DNA of 64,000 bases from the human T2T-CHM13v2.0 reference genome, Homo sapiens. Below are positions 1 through 14,396 of the stretch, in pieces. Below the pieces are notes generated by a model. It was not told where the DNA came from. It saw only the letters and a list, made by a program, of their open reading frames with translations, and did not search any database. The translations under genes were made by a program, and so were the position numbers. The stretch lies in the NCBI RefSeq assembly GCF_009914755.1, contig NC_060938.1, one strand, 5' to 3'. Position 1 is the first letter of the stretch; every line of letters begins with the position of its first letter.

Positions 1-1349
1 CCTGAGACATGATCCCCAAGTTCCAGTGGGATGAGTATCAATATCTATTCTATTATGTATGTTAATTCATCCATATATACAGAGCTACTCAAATTAAGAG
101 AAAAGGGTTTTGGGGACAAGTACCTATAATAACAGAAAAAACTTACATAAGCTATCTATATTAATCTAATCTAAATTAATTACGTTTGAAAGTAAATAGA
201 ATAAAAGAGAAAAACTAAGATAAACTGAATGATTTATGTAAGAACCAGAATATGATTCTGGTAACAGAAGTTAAAAAATAATTGGCTTCTCCAGCAATAT
301 TAAAAAAATGATAAAAGATAAGCGAGATGCTATGAGAGAAAATATCTGTTAGGTAAGACAAATCATATAAATTAATATATAAATTTTGAAATTTAAAAAA
401 ATATTGAAAGACCTGGGTTAGAAAATTTATGAAACCTTTCAAAACATTAAACAAAATTGCAAAGCTAAAACCTATGAAGAATAAGTTGACTGACAATAAA
501 TAAGCTATGTGGTACAACATCATTATGCTGTAGTTCTGGAAAGACAAATAATGTATAGATGGAAATAATTATAGACAATTAAATAATATTTTTAAAAGTA
601 ATCTTTTCTCATCCATTAAACTAACAAAAATCAGATTAGAATGTCTCATTCTTTTGGAGAAGCAGGCACTCTCACACATTGCTGATGGAAATGACGATTA
701 TCTTTCTGAAGAGAAATTTGGCAGTATCTAAGAAAACATTTGCAACTGCCTTTTGACTTAGGAATCCTACTTCTAGGAATTTACTGTGGAGATATATTTT
801 TAATATGAAAATACATGCACACAAAGTTACTCACTGGCATGTCATTTGTAATTGCAAAGTACTAGAAACAACCTGAATAGTCATACAAAGTAGAGTAGTG
901 AAATCTGTTAAAAAACAATTTAGACAATCTATCTTTCTGAACTAATATGATGATTTTTGAGGTATATTATCAAATATAGAAAAGCAATGTGCAAACATTG
1001 CATATAGTACGAGACCTTTTGTGTAAGAAAGAAGAAGAAGAAAATATACAGTATTTATGTTTTCTTTTTTATTTTTTGGAGATGAAAAAAGAAGGAAAGG
1101 AAAGAAGAAAGGAAGGAAGAAGAAAATAGAGTAAGGAGAAGAAAGAAACAAAAACTAATAAGATTGTTGGTCTTATGTGTAGAAGTGGTAGCATGATTGG
1201 AAAAAGAAATAAAGTAAAAGAGATGATGGAGAATGATATTTAAAAAGTGCATTATTGTATAGTTATGCTTTTTAGAATAATGTAAATATTTCACATACTT
1301 AAAATTTAAAATATAAAGAAACAATTGAAACTCAGCAAGTTGTGAAGTC

Positions 1350-1759
1350 TGTCTTAGTTTGCCAGGGCTGCTACAACAAAATATCACAGACTGGGTGGCC
1401 TAAACACAGAAACTTATTTTCTTATAGTTCTGGAAGCTGGAAGTACAAGATTGAGATGCTAGTGGGCTTGGTTTTTCCAGAGGTCTCTTTCTTTGGCTTG
1501 CAGACAGCTGCCTTCTCACAATGTCCTCATATGGGCTTTTCTGTGTACAGATGCTTCCTTGGTACCTTTATGTGTGTCCAAATTTTACCTTCTTATAAAG
1601 ACACCAGTCAAATTTAATTAGGGCCGACCTTACTGATCTAAATTTAACTTTAAAATCTCTTTAAAGGCCCTATCTCCAAATACAATCAAATTCTTAGGTG
1701 CTGAGAATTAGAGCTTCAACATATACATTTGGAGGGGTCACACCATTCACCCTATAACA
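1350..1759 (-). mobile_element. MaLR solo LTR, MLT1B/C-like
   Basis: Begins tgtcttagtttgccagggctgctacaacaaaatatcacagactgggtggc and ends ccctatctccaaatac...attcaccctataaca (TG...CA), matching the reverse complement of MLT1. Confidence 0.85.
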
Positions 1760-1833
1760 GGACTCACATTGATATAAATTAACAAATGAACAACATATTG
1801 AAAAAAATTGAATAAATAGCATAATTGCAATTA

Positions 1834-2292
<459 letters not shown>

Positions 2293-5200
2293 TTATAGAA
2301 GTATGTGTTAGAAATGTTAAAAATTATTTTGTACCTTTTCTAGAATTGAGAAAATAAATAAATATATCAATGATAATGGGAGCCAGGTTTCTCACCTTCA
2401 GAGAAAGGAGTTACAAATAAACAGAGTAGGCTAGAATAAATTCTGTAGATTGAATCGGGATTTGAATTATCAGTGTAAACTCAAGAAAGAGAGATTGACA
2501 TAGAAATAGATATAAATGTATTTACATGTATAAATGCATATACTGTATTACTTTAACTAGCATCATGTTACCCATAAAGAATATCATGTCTTTGGAAATA
2601 ATGAAAAGGTATTCACCACCAAAGAAAAGTGTGACCTAGAACCGAGCAAGAAAATGATGAGCCTTTAAGAGACATGAATAGCATAGGGTACAATTTACTT
2701 TGAAACAAATCTGGAAGTCATAAATATCAACGCAGTCAGTTTGAAGTCTATGTACTTGATATCCAGAGGAAAGTAATACTTAAATAAATAAAAATATGAC
2801 TTAATACCCAAAACGAATTTTTGTTGTAAAAATCAATATAAAAAATCTAACATAATTTTTAAAGCAAGGAAAATATAGTGATTACAAAATAATATTTTCT
2901 GTTGTCAATATAGACAGAATGTAAAAATTTGAAAATGTAAGTATGCTACAGATGATACTTCCTTTTAATTGATAAGGGTTTCAAAGCATCTCATTTGAAA
3001 ACAATTAAATTTCAAAACACTTGAAAACTTAATTCAGTGCAATTTTAGATCCCATTTCTCTTTCTCCTCAGGGTGACATCTGTGTTCTGAAAAGGTTATT
3101 CAGTGCCAGATTTTTTTTAGATGGGGGCAGGATTAGGCATCTGGTCTTCAATTTTTGGGGCTCCAAGGTTAATTTAATAGTGTTTCTTATGCCTGTAACA
3201 CTTTGGAAAAGCCAAAACAACTCCTCACTCATATTCCAGTAATTAAAATCACAAAAGCCAAAAATATAGACTGGGGCACATAACATAAGAATCCCCTGGA
3301 AAAAAATCAGGCCAATTATCACAGCAAATTTACTCCCAGCAAGCAATCAAAAAGCCATAGCTCTACCAGCTCTCAGAATTTTCGATTCCTTTTTCTAATT
3401 TTCTATCCAATATTGTAGCTATTTAAATTACTAACCATTTTTGAGGGATTAGGTTGGCATGGCCATTTATTAATGAAGAAGATGGAATACATGGTTTTGC
3501 AGAATTAGTAGCTGAATCAGAGAGAAATTACTTATTAAAAATAAAATTCTGAAGATAAAAGAGTAGAGTACTGGAAAAATTGTTTGAGAGTCAATGTCTA
3601 AACTTCTGGGAAGAAAGGATAAGTAGCAGTTTTATGAAGAGCTAAAATAGGTACTGAACTACAGGTAAGAGCTTTGGTGGTTCTGTTCTGGAAGAATGAG
3701 AAGGGAATAATATGGATCAAAAATAAATGAGGTGTATCAGAGAAGTGTTTTTGAGATGACTTTTACATCCTGAGGAGGGTATATTGGACTGAAATTGTTC
3801 ATCATTTTTATCCCAGTTGACATTTCTATGATGATATCACCTCCTACTCATGTGTTTTTCCTACTTACAAGCTTTCTATGGAGAGTCTTATGCGTTTTTA
3901 TTACTGTTATGGAAATTCCAATGAGAGACTTTTTTTCCGTCTAACTTTGTTAATATGCATGAATTTGGAAATAGCTGCTGTTTAACTGATGGTGATAATG
4001 TGAGCTGACGTTAATCAATTGAGGTTATGGCTCTTATGTCTAGGAGCTAAGCAGCCTGACACTTGTGAGTTATCTGGCGTGAAGTAATTATTTTCTCAGA
4101 AGATCTTATCATTGCTGATCAAGTATGAGCTCTAACCAAGGTAAATATTCCCTATTGCTGTTTATTTCTTCAGCTGATATTCTGGCTGTTAGCATAATGA
4201 GAAAAAACATACTATGTACAATGATGTACAACTTCGTACAGATTTTTTTTTTTTTTTTTTTTTACTTTTTGGAAACTTCTTTTTGTCTTTACTATCTTCA
4301 GTTTCCTTAAACACTTAAAAATAGAAATTTTATTTCTTCACAGGAGCTGCAAAACCCGGCATGTGTTCATATTTCACTGAAGAATACCTAAAAAACCCTG
4401 GTATCTGCAAATGTAATTTGCAAAGTTGACACCTTATTTTTCCCCAGTTAGCATTTTCTTTAGCTTCTGCAACATTTAGGTTTATAGAAGTGTATCTAAT
4501 ATCTAAACTTTATAGTACATGCACCAGAAATGTTTTGTTTCTCTTTCATGCTTTTAAAAAATATATGTTATTAAATAGAGTGAAGGTTTAACTGTAACAC
4601 TGAGTCAGAGTTTTCTGCGCTTAAGTTTTCTGAAATAATCCAAGTCAGCATTTTTTAAAGTAGAAACATTTACAACCTGTGAAGTACAATTTGATAAAAG
4701 ACATGCTGATATGCTAGAAGTTAATGCAGCTTCCTGTGGTGCTGAACTTATTCAAAGGAAGGATATTATGCACAGGAAGAATCTCACCCAACAATCCCAT
4801 ATTTAAGGTTAATAGAGTAAGCTATACTAGAATCTGAGGAAGAAAATAAATTTAAAAATCACATAGGTTGGCTAAGTCGTGCTTTCTGATCCTTAAGAGT
4901 TTAAAGTGGAAACTGGGACAAAAGTGCACCATATGTGAAGAACTGCTGACAGAAAGACAATCTTTTATCATTAAAACAAAGGTTAAATAAAGATTAAACT
5001 CAGAACAGCAGCAAAAGCTCTGGAGGCTTTGGGTAGGCAAGATGCCCAGATGTTCTTCCTATCGTTTCAGTTGGCATATGAGCAAAGGTGAGGGAGGTCA
5101 AGTGGGTAGGCGGCTGGTAGTAGGGTAGATGATGGCATGGTCATCCATTATTCTTGTAGAGTCTGAGAGTAGGACTGCTTCTGCTAGCACATTAATTAAT

Positions 5201-5390
5201 AATTCCCTCTACATATTTCAAAGTCTTATTGAAATTTGTTGGATTCTGCTTATGTTCATCTGATCCCAATAGTGCCCTTTTAATTCACCCTACCTCTGTA
5301 CAATAATTTTAGTTACACTGGGAACAAAACAATGTGGTTTTCAAACAGAATTAGGGAAAATTGATTTCATGATTTTCATATGCACAGGTA

Positions 5391-5462
5391 TTAGGTTGGT
5401 ACAAAAGTAATGTAGTTTTTGCAATTAAATGGCAAAACTATAATTACTTTTGCACCAATCTA
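5391..5462. mobile_element. MADE1 (Hsmar1-derived MITE)
   Basis: ttaggttggtacaaaagtaa...ttacttttgcaccaatcta: two terminal inverted repeats (TIRs) flanked by TA. Confidence 0.9.
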
Positions 5463-6167
5463 TAATTTGGCAATATGGGTGCTATTATATTGTACAATAA
5501 TCTAAGAATATAATAAATATTCCAATGAAGCAAGGATTCTACGACTTTTCCTGATGAACAATTTTTATTTTCACATTTATAAGATTACCATCAGCATATT
5601 GAAGTGTTAGTGATCCAGAAACACTTGCATTCTGGCCTAGTTCCTTCTCCTGATGATCTCAGATTCAGTACTAATTAGAAGAGGGGCCATGGTAGATAGG
5701 GAAATAATGCAGGTTTTTTATTATAAACTTGTGCAATATTTTGTAGTCTGTTTTTTTTTGTTGTTGTTGTTTTCTGGTCAAGTCACCCTCAGGAACAATT
5801 ATCAATTTGATTGACAATCAAATGGGAAATTAGCACTACTTTTTTTTTTTTTCTGTGTTCTCAAGTTCACAGGCAATTTCTTCAGACTTTATGTCAACTC
5901 AGACTGTCCAGAAAAAGTGTCCAAATCCAATAATTTTGGGCTTCTGAAACTACACTCAACAATTTTAATTCAAAATGATCATGGACTGTACTCAAAATAC
6001 TAGCCACTGCTTATTCTTCAATTACATTATTTTTATAAGTGACATTTCCCCATCCACGACTGCTCCAAAGGGATAGAATCTGGGTGGCAATGTTTGAACA
6101 GGTGATCTTGCCTTTTGGCCTACACTTGATAAAACCAGAGATGAAGACAAACTCCAGCTGATTTAGT

Positions 6168-6170
<3 letters not shown>

Positions 6171-6218
<48 letters not shown>
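6171..6218. repeat. (GT)15(GA)9 compound microsatellite
   Basis: Read directly. Confidence 0.95.
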
Positions 6219-8339
6219 TAATTAAGATACTTAAAAAGTGTGTCAGTTTACATATTATTGAGGTGACATTTGGATCCATGGCAAATCAAAACTATGCCCA
6301 AATTGAGATCAGAAGGGAAAGGAAACTAAAATTTGGTCCATACATTAAAGAAGAGAAAATTTGCAGAGATGCAGATAACAAAGTCTATGGACAGAGGAAG
6401 CACATGTGCACCCAAACACAGTGTGAATAGGAGGACACAGGGGCATGGGGAGAGAGAGGCAGTGGAAGCTAGAAAAACAGAGTTTAGAGAAAAAGAGAGG
6501 CAAAAACTGAGACAATAGTTAAAAAAAAAGAGAGAGAGATAATCTGGAACAGAGGAAAGTGAAAAGAGAGGAAGATAAATAGTGAATGACATTCCTATTT
6601 CTCTGAATAACAACTATAGTAGCTTCAATCATATCAGATGATATTCCTTATCTTCCTCCTTTCAGATACCTAATCTAAGTGTCAACCCCTCCAGGAATGC
6701 TCCAAACTTCCACCCTTCTGAAGTTCCTCTTCCTCACAGTATCAAAACACACTATCCCGGGGGGTTGGGGTGGGGTGCAATAATGACAAGAGCTTCCATT
6801 TCACATGCTAGGGGAAAACTTGTGAGAATGTCAATTATTTTGAGATCTTTGGAAGGTTATATTTTTCTCAGGTACTTTTGCTTCATGTCTGCTGAATTCT
6901 TCATCTTACCTCCGGTTTCTTCAACCTTCTTTCTTTAACCCATGTTGCTGTAAGCACGAAATACAGGCTTTTGTTTGTTTGTTTGTTTTTCAGTTTAGCC
7001 AAAGCAACGTAATAAAATACTGTATTGTTTAGCATGGGTTGTTGAAATAATTAGAGATTACAGCATAAAGCAATGCAGGCTATGTTTTACAACTGAATAA
7101 AGAGACAGTGGCCATTTTCCTCAGACTTATTTTTACAGTCTGGATTTCCTCTTTAACAAGCATACCCCCAAACTTCTCACTGTAATTTTGAGCCCTTTTT
7201 CCACCAAGACTACAGGTTTTTTCTCTCTAATTTTCCCTAGGCTATAACAATTCATTTTCTAGCCTACTCCCAGAAGAGTTCAAATTTCCCCATTTTATTT
7301 TGCAGAACAAAACATTTGGATAACTTGTACCTAGTACAACTTAAAGTCACCACTTTTGATATGCCTGTAAGGGCAACTTCTGCAGTATCCATTATTTTTT
7401 TTCTCACCCTTAATTCATCTAGAGTATTAATCTCTTTGCTCTGAGTGCTGTCAGTTCTAAATCCCCCTTCAAAGATTTTCCCAAACAGCCTAGCAGCAAA
7501 ATATAATTATAACTTCTGTTAGCTAGAGTGGAAACCTCAGAATTCCTAAGGAAGGGATGTTAATGTGACTCTTACAAGAGTTGCAAAAATACTAATTTTG
7601 AGGAATACACCCGTCTTTCAAGATGAGTAGCAACTTAATACTGAAAATATATACATATTTTATTATAGATATTTGGAAAATATAAATTGACTTATTTGAG
7701 AATATCCATGAATAAATGTATACCGTTAAACAAGAGACGATGGTTTCTAATAAGGTTCTCTTTGTGAATACTAATGAGAATGAGCATTGACAGAAACCTG
7801 TTCATAGTATTTTGGTTGATCTCTCCCTGCCTTAGTTATGTTTACACATTAGTTATTACATTATGTTGTTTGTATCCAAAATGAACGACTTTTAAAATTG
7901 TAACCACACATAGGTTGCATATAGTTATCTCATAATTATTTTAATATCTTTAATATGAATATGTTATATATTCTAGAAGAATTAAGCTCGTAACTACTGG
8001 GACACTTCAGAATGCACTTATCTTAAAATGTATTGCTTTCTGCCAAAAAAAAAAAAAAAAAAGAGTCTCTGGTTTTTCACAGTAAATTTGTGTACCTAAG
8101 CTTTTTAAAAAGACAGCATGTAAGAAAATTTTTGTCATTCTTGAAACTACCAATATTTTATTTTGAAAACTCTATCTGAATTTACACATTTGATACATGA
8201 GGAGTCACACTTCCATGTCAGAAATACCAAGTAAATGTTGCTTAGCTTCATCCCTCAGTGACATGGAGACACTGGTCATTGAGTTGATTCTGCCATCTGT
8301 GATATCAAGAATCTTGTTCATGGTATCTTAAGTCAGAAG

Positions 8340-8343
<4 letters not shown>

Positions 8344-8380
<37 letters not shown>
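8344..8380. repeat. (TC)n microsatellite
   Basis: Read directly. Confidence 0.95.
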
Positions 8381-8382
<2 letters not shown>

Positions 8383-8725
8383 AACTGGCATTTGGGAATA
8401 TTTGACATGTAAAGCTGCAGGTAAGAATGTTGGACTTGACTGAATATGCCATTTCAAAAAATTTGTATATGAACTCAAATGAAATCCAAGTTTCAAAATT
8501 AACACTAAATGCTGACAATAATGCCAAATTTTTATTTTCAGATCAACACTTTGTTTCTTCTACCTTTAGGTGCACATACATTTTATAATTTTAGTTGATA
8601 ATTTTAATTTTACTTCCAGATGCTCAGAAGAAGCATTTAAATTATAATAAGTATACTTTCTCTATACACAGAGATGATATCAAATTATGATCAAAAATGT
8701 AAGGTTTTGCTTTTTATAAAAATGT

Positions 8726-8764
<39 letters not shown>

Positions 8765-8793
<29 letters not shown>

Positions 8794-9080
8794 GAGACGG
8801 AGTCTTGCTCTTGCTTTGTCACCCAGGCTGGAGTGCAGCAGCGTGATCTCTGCTCACTGTAAGCTCTGCCTCCCGGGTTCACATCATTCTCCTGCCTCAG
8901 CCTCCTGAGTAGCTGGGACTGCAGGCACCCGCCATCATGCCAGGCTAATTTTTTGTATATTTAGTAGAGACAGGGTTTCACCGTGTTAGCCAGGATGGTC
9001 TCGATCTCTTGACCTCGTGATCCACCCACCTCGGCCTCCCAAAGTGCTGGGATTACAGGCATGAGCCACCGTGCCCGGCC
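8765..9080 (-). mobile_element. AluY-type SINE with a long T tract and adjacent (TA)n at 8726-8765
   Basis: Y-type ccgtgttagccaggatggtctcgatctc and gtaagctctgcctcccgggttcac; ends gcccggcc. Confidence 0.92.
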
Positions 9081-10390
9081 ATTATATAATATATTTTTAT
9101 GGCATAATTGTCCATTAAATTTTGTATACTATTCTTCCGACAGCTGGCTGGCTTCCTAGTTTGCTTATTTCTTTGTTTATTTTCTTGCTTTACTTAGCCA
9201 TGTCTCATGATTCTGTTAATCTAATCTCCTAAAATTTAAGCATTCCAAATGTTTCTTATCTTTCTTTTCACCCATGAACCCATTGAACTCATGACCCTAT
9301 GATATTTCTAGAAATCATAAATACCCCAAATCACATATTTCTAATCCCCCTTTATTAAATTAAACAATAAATCATAACATACACTTAATATGTCTATAAA
9401 CAGAAATTAAGATAACATTTCAAAACATTGAAAGATTATAAATATAATCAACAATGGACATTGTAAAATTATTTTAATAATTTTAACCATAATTTTATAT
9501 CTGAAAATGTGAAGATTAATAGGATAAAATATAAAATAATCAATGGTTTGAATGAGTGTTACCATGAAATAGCCAAATAACACCAGTGATTTCTCATAGC
9601 TGGCACAGCGTGCCTTTTTTTGACTTTCTGACCACGTAGAAGAACCAGTAAAGGATGACAAACATATCATGGATTCTACCTTAAAGAACAATGACTTTTA
9701 GGCATTTTTTATGAATATAACACTCTTTAAAATTACAGAAATTACAGAGTATAAATTCAAGGCCAATATAATTTCACACATGTTCTATTTAATTAATAGA
9801 CCATAACTGCTGAAGATGTCATTTGCCAAATTAAATTCTGACATTCACTTTCCCTCTTTGTATTAATATATGATAAAGGAGCCATTAAATTCTACAAGGC
9901 TATTTTCATTGATTTGAATGTTTATACCAGCCTTACCCTTTTTGTCTATAAGCCTGCTTAGATCTGCTGGAAATAATTCTGAACCATGGTCAGTTAATGT
10001 CAATCCCCTTATGTTTTGTCTTTATTGAGAGAAACATCTTTCTTAACATATTCAAATTAACATTTACTCAAAATACTGTTTTCTTTGGTGGCCTGTTCTC
10101 TGCCTGAAATGTCATGGAGAAGTCTAAGATTTTAATTCCTTTTTCTAAAATCCCAGTCATAGTAGTTCAAATTTTCATGATGTGTACATGCTCATATTAC
10201 ATGACGAATTCTTTTTCAACTTTTACAAAAGTTTCACCTGTTACTCAGTGAGTTTTTTAATGCTTGGTAGATTCCTTCATAATTTTCATAGCATATACTC
10301 TATTTATTTAAGTCATCATTGTGTAATAATTTTAAACACATTAAAGACATTCCATCTCCAGCTTTTATTGAACTATTATCTGGCTAAAAA

Positions 10391-10392
<2 letters not shown>

Positions 10393-10452
<60 letters not shown>

Positions 10453-10459
10453 TATATAT

Positions 10460-10499
<40 letters not shown>

Positions 10500-10509
10500 A
10501 CATATATAT
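10393..10509. repeat. Compound (TA)22(CA)8(TA)4(CA)6(TA)12 microsatellite
   Basis: Counted directly. Confidence 0.95.
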
Positions 10510-11219
10510 TAGCAATCATTCCTCCAATTGTGTCCTGGCAAGAATTATTTTTACTTTGTTAAATGTTCTCCCTTGGTCTCTTCACCAAAGAGAAATACAC
10601 ATTTTATCATTTCACAAGAGGCTCACAGACAAAGAACAACAAAACTATATTGATATATGAATGCAGGGTGCTAGAATAAGTTTACTTACAAGGAGAATAT
10701 TGAAGCTCACTTCTCAAACATGCATTCTTGCTGTGCGAGCTATTGAATATGCAGCTAAATACAATTTAAAACTTTTATTTTATATACATATGCTTTCTTT
10801 CCTTAAAAAATGAAACAAATGCAAAAGGCATGCCACATTTTTGACATATGTCTCTGATTTGATTCCTAATTTTATATTTGAGCATATATAAAGAAAATAA
10901 CCACTTAAGACAAAATTTCCCTATTTCTAATTAATTTATCACACCAAAATAAATTTCACACTCTCACAAATTGGGACTATTTCTGAAAACAATAATTAGT
11001 ATCAGGAGCCCCAATGATATCTTACTTGTTCATGCTTTAGTTATTAAATATTTTTTTCTTTTAGCTATTCTGACTCATTAGCCACTAATTTCTGCTGATG
11101 TTTACTTTAAAGTGACACTCAAATAATCTCTATTTCAACGTAATCGCTGTAATTCTGTCTCTTCTTACATTTAATCCAGTTCAATTTTTGGAAAAGCCGT
11201 GGTTATGTGATTCATTTTA

Positions 11220-11543
11220 CAGTCATCCTTTAGTATCCATGAGGGATTTGTTCCAGAACTACCCTTCTCCAAACCCCTGCAGATATCGAAATCTGTGGAC
11301 TGTCAAATCCCTTGTATAAAATGGCAAAGTATTTGAATATAACCTACATGCCTCCTCCCATATACTTTAAATAATCTCTAAATTACTTGTATTATCTAGT
11401 AGAATGTAAATGCTAAGTAAATAGTTGTTGTACTATATTTTTATTTGTGATTTTTTTGTATTGTTATTTTTTTTCCAAATATTTCTTATCTGCAGCTGGT
11501 TGAATCCTTGAATGCAGAACCTGTGAATATTGAATGCCAAATA
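11220..11543. mobile_element. MER2 (TcMar-Tigger non-autonomous DNA transposon)
   Basis: ta|cagtcatcctttagtatccatgagggatttgttccag ... ggttgaatccttgaatgcagaacctgtgaatattga; internal aaaatggcaaagtatttgaatataacctac. Confidence 0.85.
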
Positions 11544-12088
11544 TATATCAAAATTGAATTTTAAATAAATTTGTATTTTATAGTTTTTAATAGAATAAGC
11601 AAAATTTAAATCAATTTTCCCAGCACATAATGTGAATGAATTGTTTAAGCTACATATATCAATAGTAAATAATATTTTAAAGAATCTTTGCTGTTTTGTC
11701 TTAATTTTAAAAGAAGTAGGTGAGCTGAACTAATTCTGTATTATAAACACCATGGAGTACAATTTCTGTTAAGGAATTCAGACTCAGTTATTTTTTTAAG
11801 CGCCCTGCTGGTAGTAGAATGAGCTCTTTGTAATTGGGCAAATGTCACTGAGGTAGAAAAATGAAACAAACTTTTAAATCTACACAAAGATTATGATTTC
11901 ACAAGCATATCAAACTGTAGCATTGATATGATTCCCAAAGACCAGTGCCAGAGCCACCAATGTCATATTTTTTTCAGTAATCTAAGAGGTCTGATTGGCT
12001 AAGAACCTGTCCTATAGAGGGAAAAAGTAAGGACTGAAAACAATTAACATGACAGCTACCCCTTTAGTATTAGAATCAGGAAACTAGC

Positions 12089-12483
12089 TGATATAGTTTG
12101 AATGTTGTCCCTGCCAAATGGCATGTTGAATTGTAATCCCCAGTGTTAAAAGTGAGGCCTAGTGGGAGGTTTCTAGGTCATTGGAGAGGATCCCTCATGG
12201 TTTCGTGTTTTCCTTGAGATAGTCAATGAGTTATTGTGAGATCTGGTTGTTCAGGCACCACCTTTGCCCGATTCTACTTCTTGCACCCACTCTTGCTGTG
12301 TGACTATCCTGATCCTTTTTGGACTTCCCCATGAGGAAACACTCCCTTAGGCCTCCCCAGAAGCTGAGCAGATGCCAGTACCATCCTTCCTATACAGCCT
12401 GCAGAATAGTGAGCCAATCTCTTTTCATTATAAATTACTCAGTCTCAGATATTTTTTATAGCATGTAAGAATGGCCTAACACA
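12089..12483 (+). mobile_element. MaLR solo LTR, MSTA/MSTB-like
   Basis: tgatatagtttgaatgttgtccc...gttgaattgtaatcccc ... ataaattactcagtctcagatatt...ggcctaacaca. Confidence 0.88.
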
Positions 12484-13274
12484 TATGCACTCATAAGAAT
12501 GCAAGATATTCAATAAATAAAGTTGAATGTAAAATAAAAATGTGAAACTTCCTAATGAGATAAGTTTCCAGAACACTTCAATACTGGTTAAATTGGGGTG
12601 GGGGAGGCGTGGCGGGGACGGGGAAGGAGTCTGTCTTCAATGCCCAAAGCCCACAGTCTTTTATCTTGTGCTATAAAGCAGGCTCTACAGTCCACTTCTG
12701 ACACCAAAACCTTCTATCATAAAGAAGTCTTCAGATTTTTGTTATTTCTTCCTCTAAAATAGTTTTTAGACCTTAAACATAGCAAATAAATAGACCAGGG
12801 CTTTTTCACAAAATACAATGGAAAGTTTTCAATATTGGTATCTCTTTGTTCCATTCTGTATCTCTCTCTATTATAATGACCTCCTCTTTTCTCCAGAGAT
12901 GTACAACAGTACTCTGCTGTTCAGCATTGGAAAAGTTGATGTTTTTCTTTCAAAGAATAATATCTGATACATAATAATTCTAATAACATAATACAAATGA
13001 CAGTAATGCATAGATAGCTTAAAAAGAACATTGGTGAGGAAAATTCAAAATTGAAGGTTTAAAATAAGTAAACCTATGAAGTATTTTGCAAAATTTTATC
13101 TATCACTAAAATAAAATGATGCCAAAATAAAACTGAAATAAAGATAATATTTGTAATATATGTTATAATTAATTATAATTATAGAGATAACTTATCAGTA
13201 ATCACCTTGAGTTGACCCTGCAGGATAAAGATAATGTTTTGGTACTCTAACATGCCTAAATGACCGTGCCTGTT

Positions 13275-13635
13275 TGTATTAGGTCATCTCACACAGCTAT
13301 GAAGAAACACCGGAGACTGGGTAATTCATAAAGATAAGAGGGTTAATTGACTCACAGTTCAGCATGGCTGGAGAAGCCTCAGGAAACTTACAATCACGGT
13401 AGAAGGCACCTTTTCACAGGGCTGCAAGAGAGAATGAGGGCCAGCAGGGGAAATGGCAGATGCTTACACAACGATCAGATCTCATGAGAACTCACTCATT
13501 ATCACAAGAACAGCATGGGGGAAATCACCCCCATGATTCAGTTATCTCTCACCGGATCTCTCCCAGGACATGTGGGGATTATGGGGATTGCAATTCAAGA
13601 TGAGATTTGGGTGGGGACAGAGCCAAACCATATTA
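13275..13635 (-). mobile_element. THE1C/D solo LTR
   Basis: tgtattaggtc...ttaattgactcacagttcagcatggctgg...gagatttgggtggggacagagccaaaccatatta. Confidence 0.92.
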
Positions 13636-14396
13636 ATGCTCTTTCTCTGAAAGAACTGTATCTTCCCTTTAAAAACAATATATAGTTTAAAGTTTCTCTT
13701 TATTAATATTCCTTTCATATATAATTACATCAACTCACACAATCCTTATTTGAAGTTTTGTCTTTAGACTTGGCTTATACAATTTTTGAAAGTATACTCC
13801 TTAAAACAAAAGTTGTATTTGTTAACTTCTCTGATAGATGTAATTTGACATATAATGCTTTTATACAACTTTACTTACAAGTTTTATTGAGTAATGTTAT
13901 TTTCAGTTTCTCATATTAAAACTGTGGGTTTTTTTTCCAGCTCTTCCCACAAGCTCAGGTTTCTAATTTGTGACCATGGAAAATATATTTAAAGGTACAT
14001 TAGCAAGAATAGTTAACTTTTTGTTTGAACTTACCGTTAAAAGCGAATTTTCTTAATTCTTAGCTCCACAACAGTTTTTATATAAAGCTATAATATGAAA
14101 TAAACCTTCTATGGACTCTGTCAATTCCTTGAATATTATATATTTACAGACCTAAATAAATTAGGAGGTATACTATGTTCAAAGATTTTAAAAGCAATCA
14201 TTTTTCCTAAAATTTATCTGTAGATTCACCATAGCCCCAATCAAATTTACAAAAGGCATTTCTATACACTTCAAAAGGCATATGGAAATAAAAATGACAT
14301 AGAATAATCAAATAAATACTCTAAAAAACAAAGCTGGAGGTTTTACACTAGCTAAATTCAAGACTTATTGTAAAGCTGCACCAATAAAGAGTGTGA

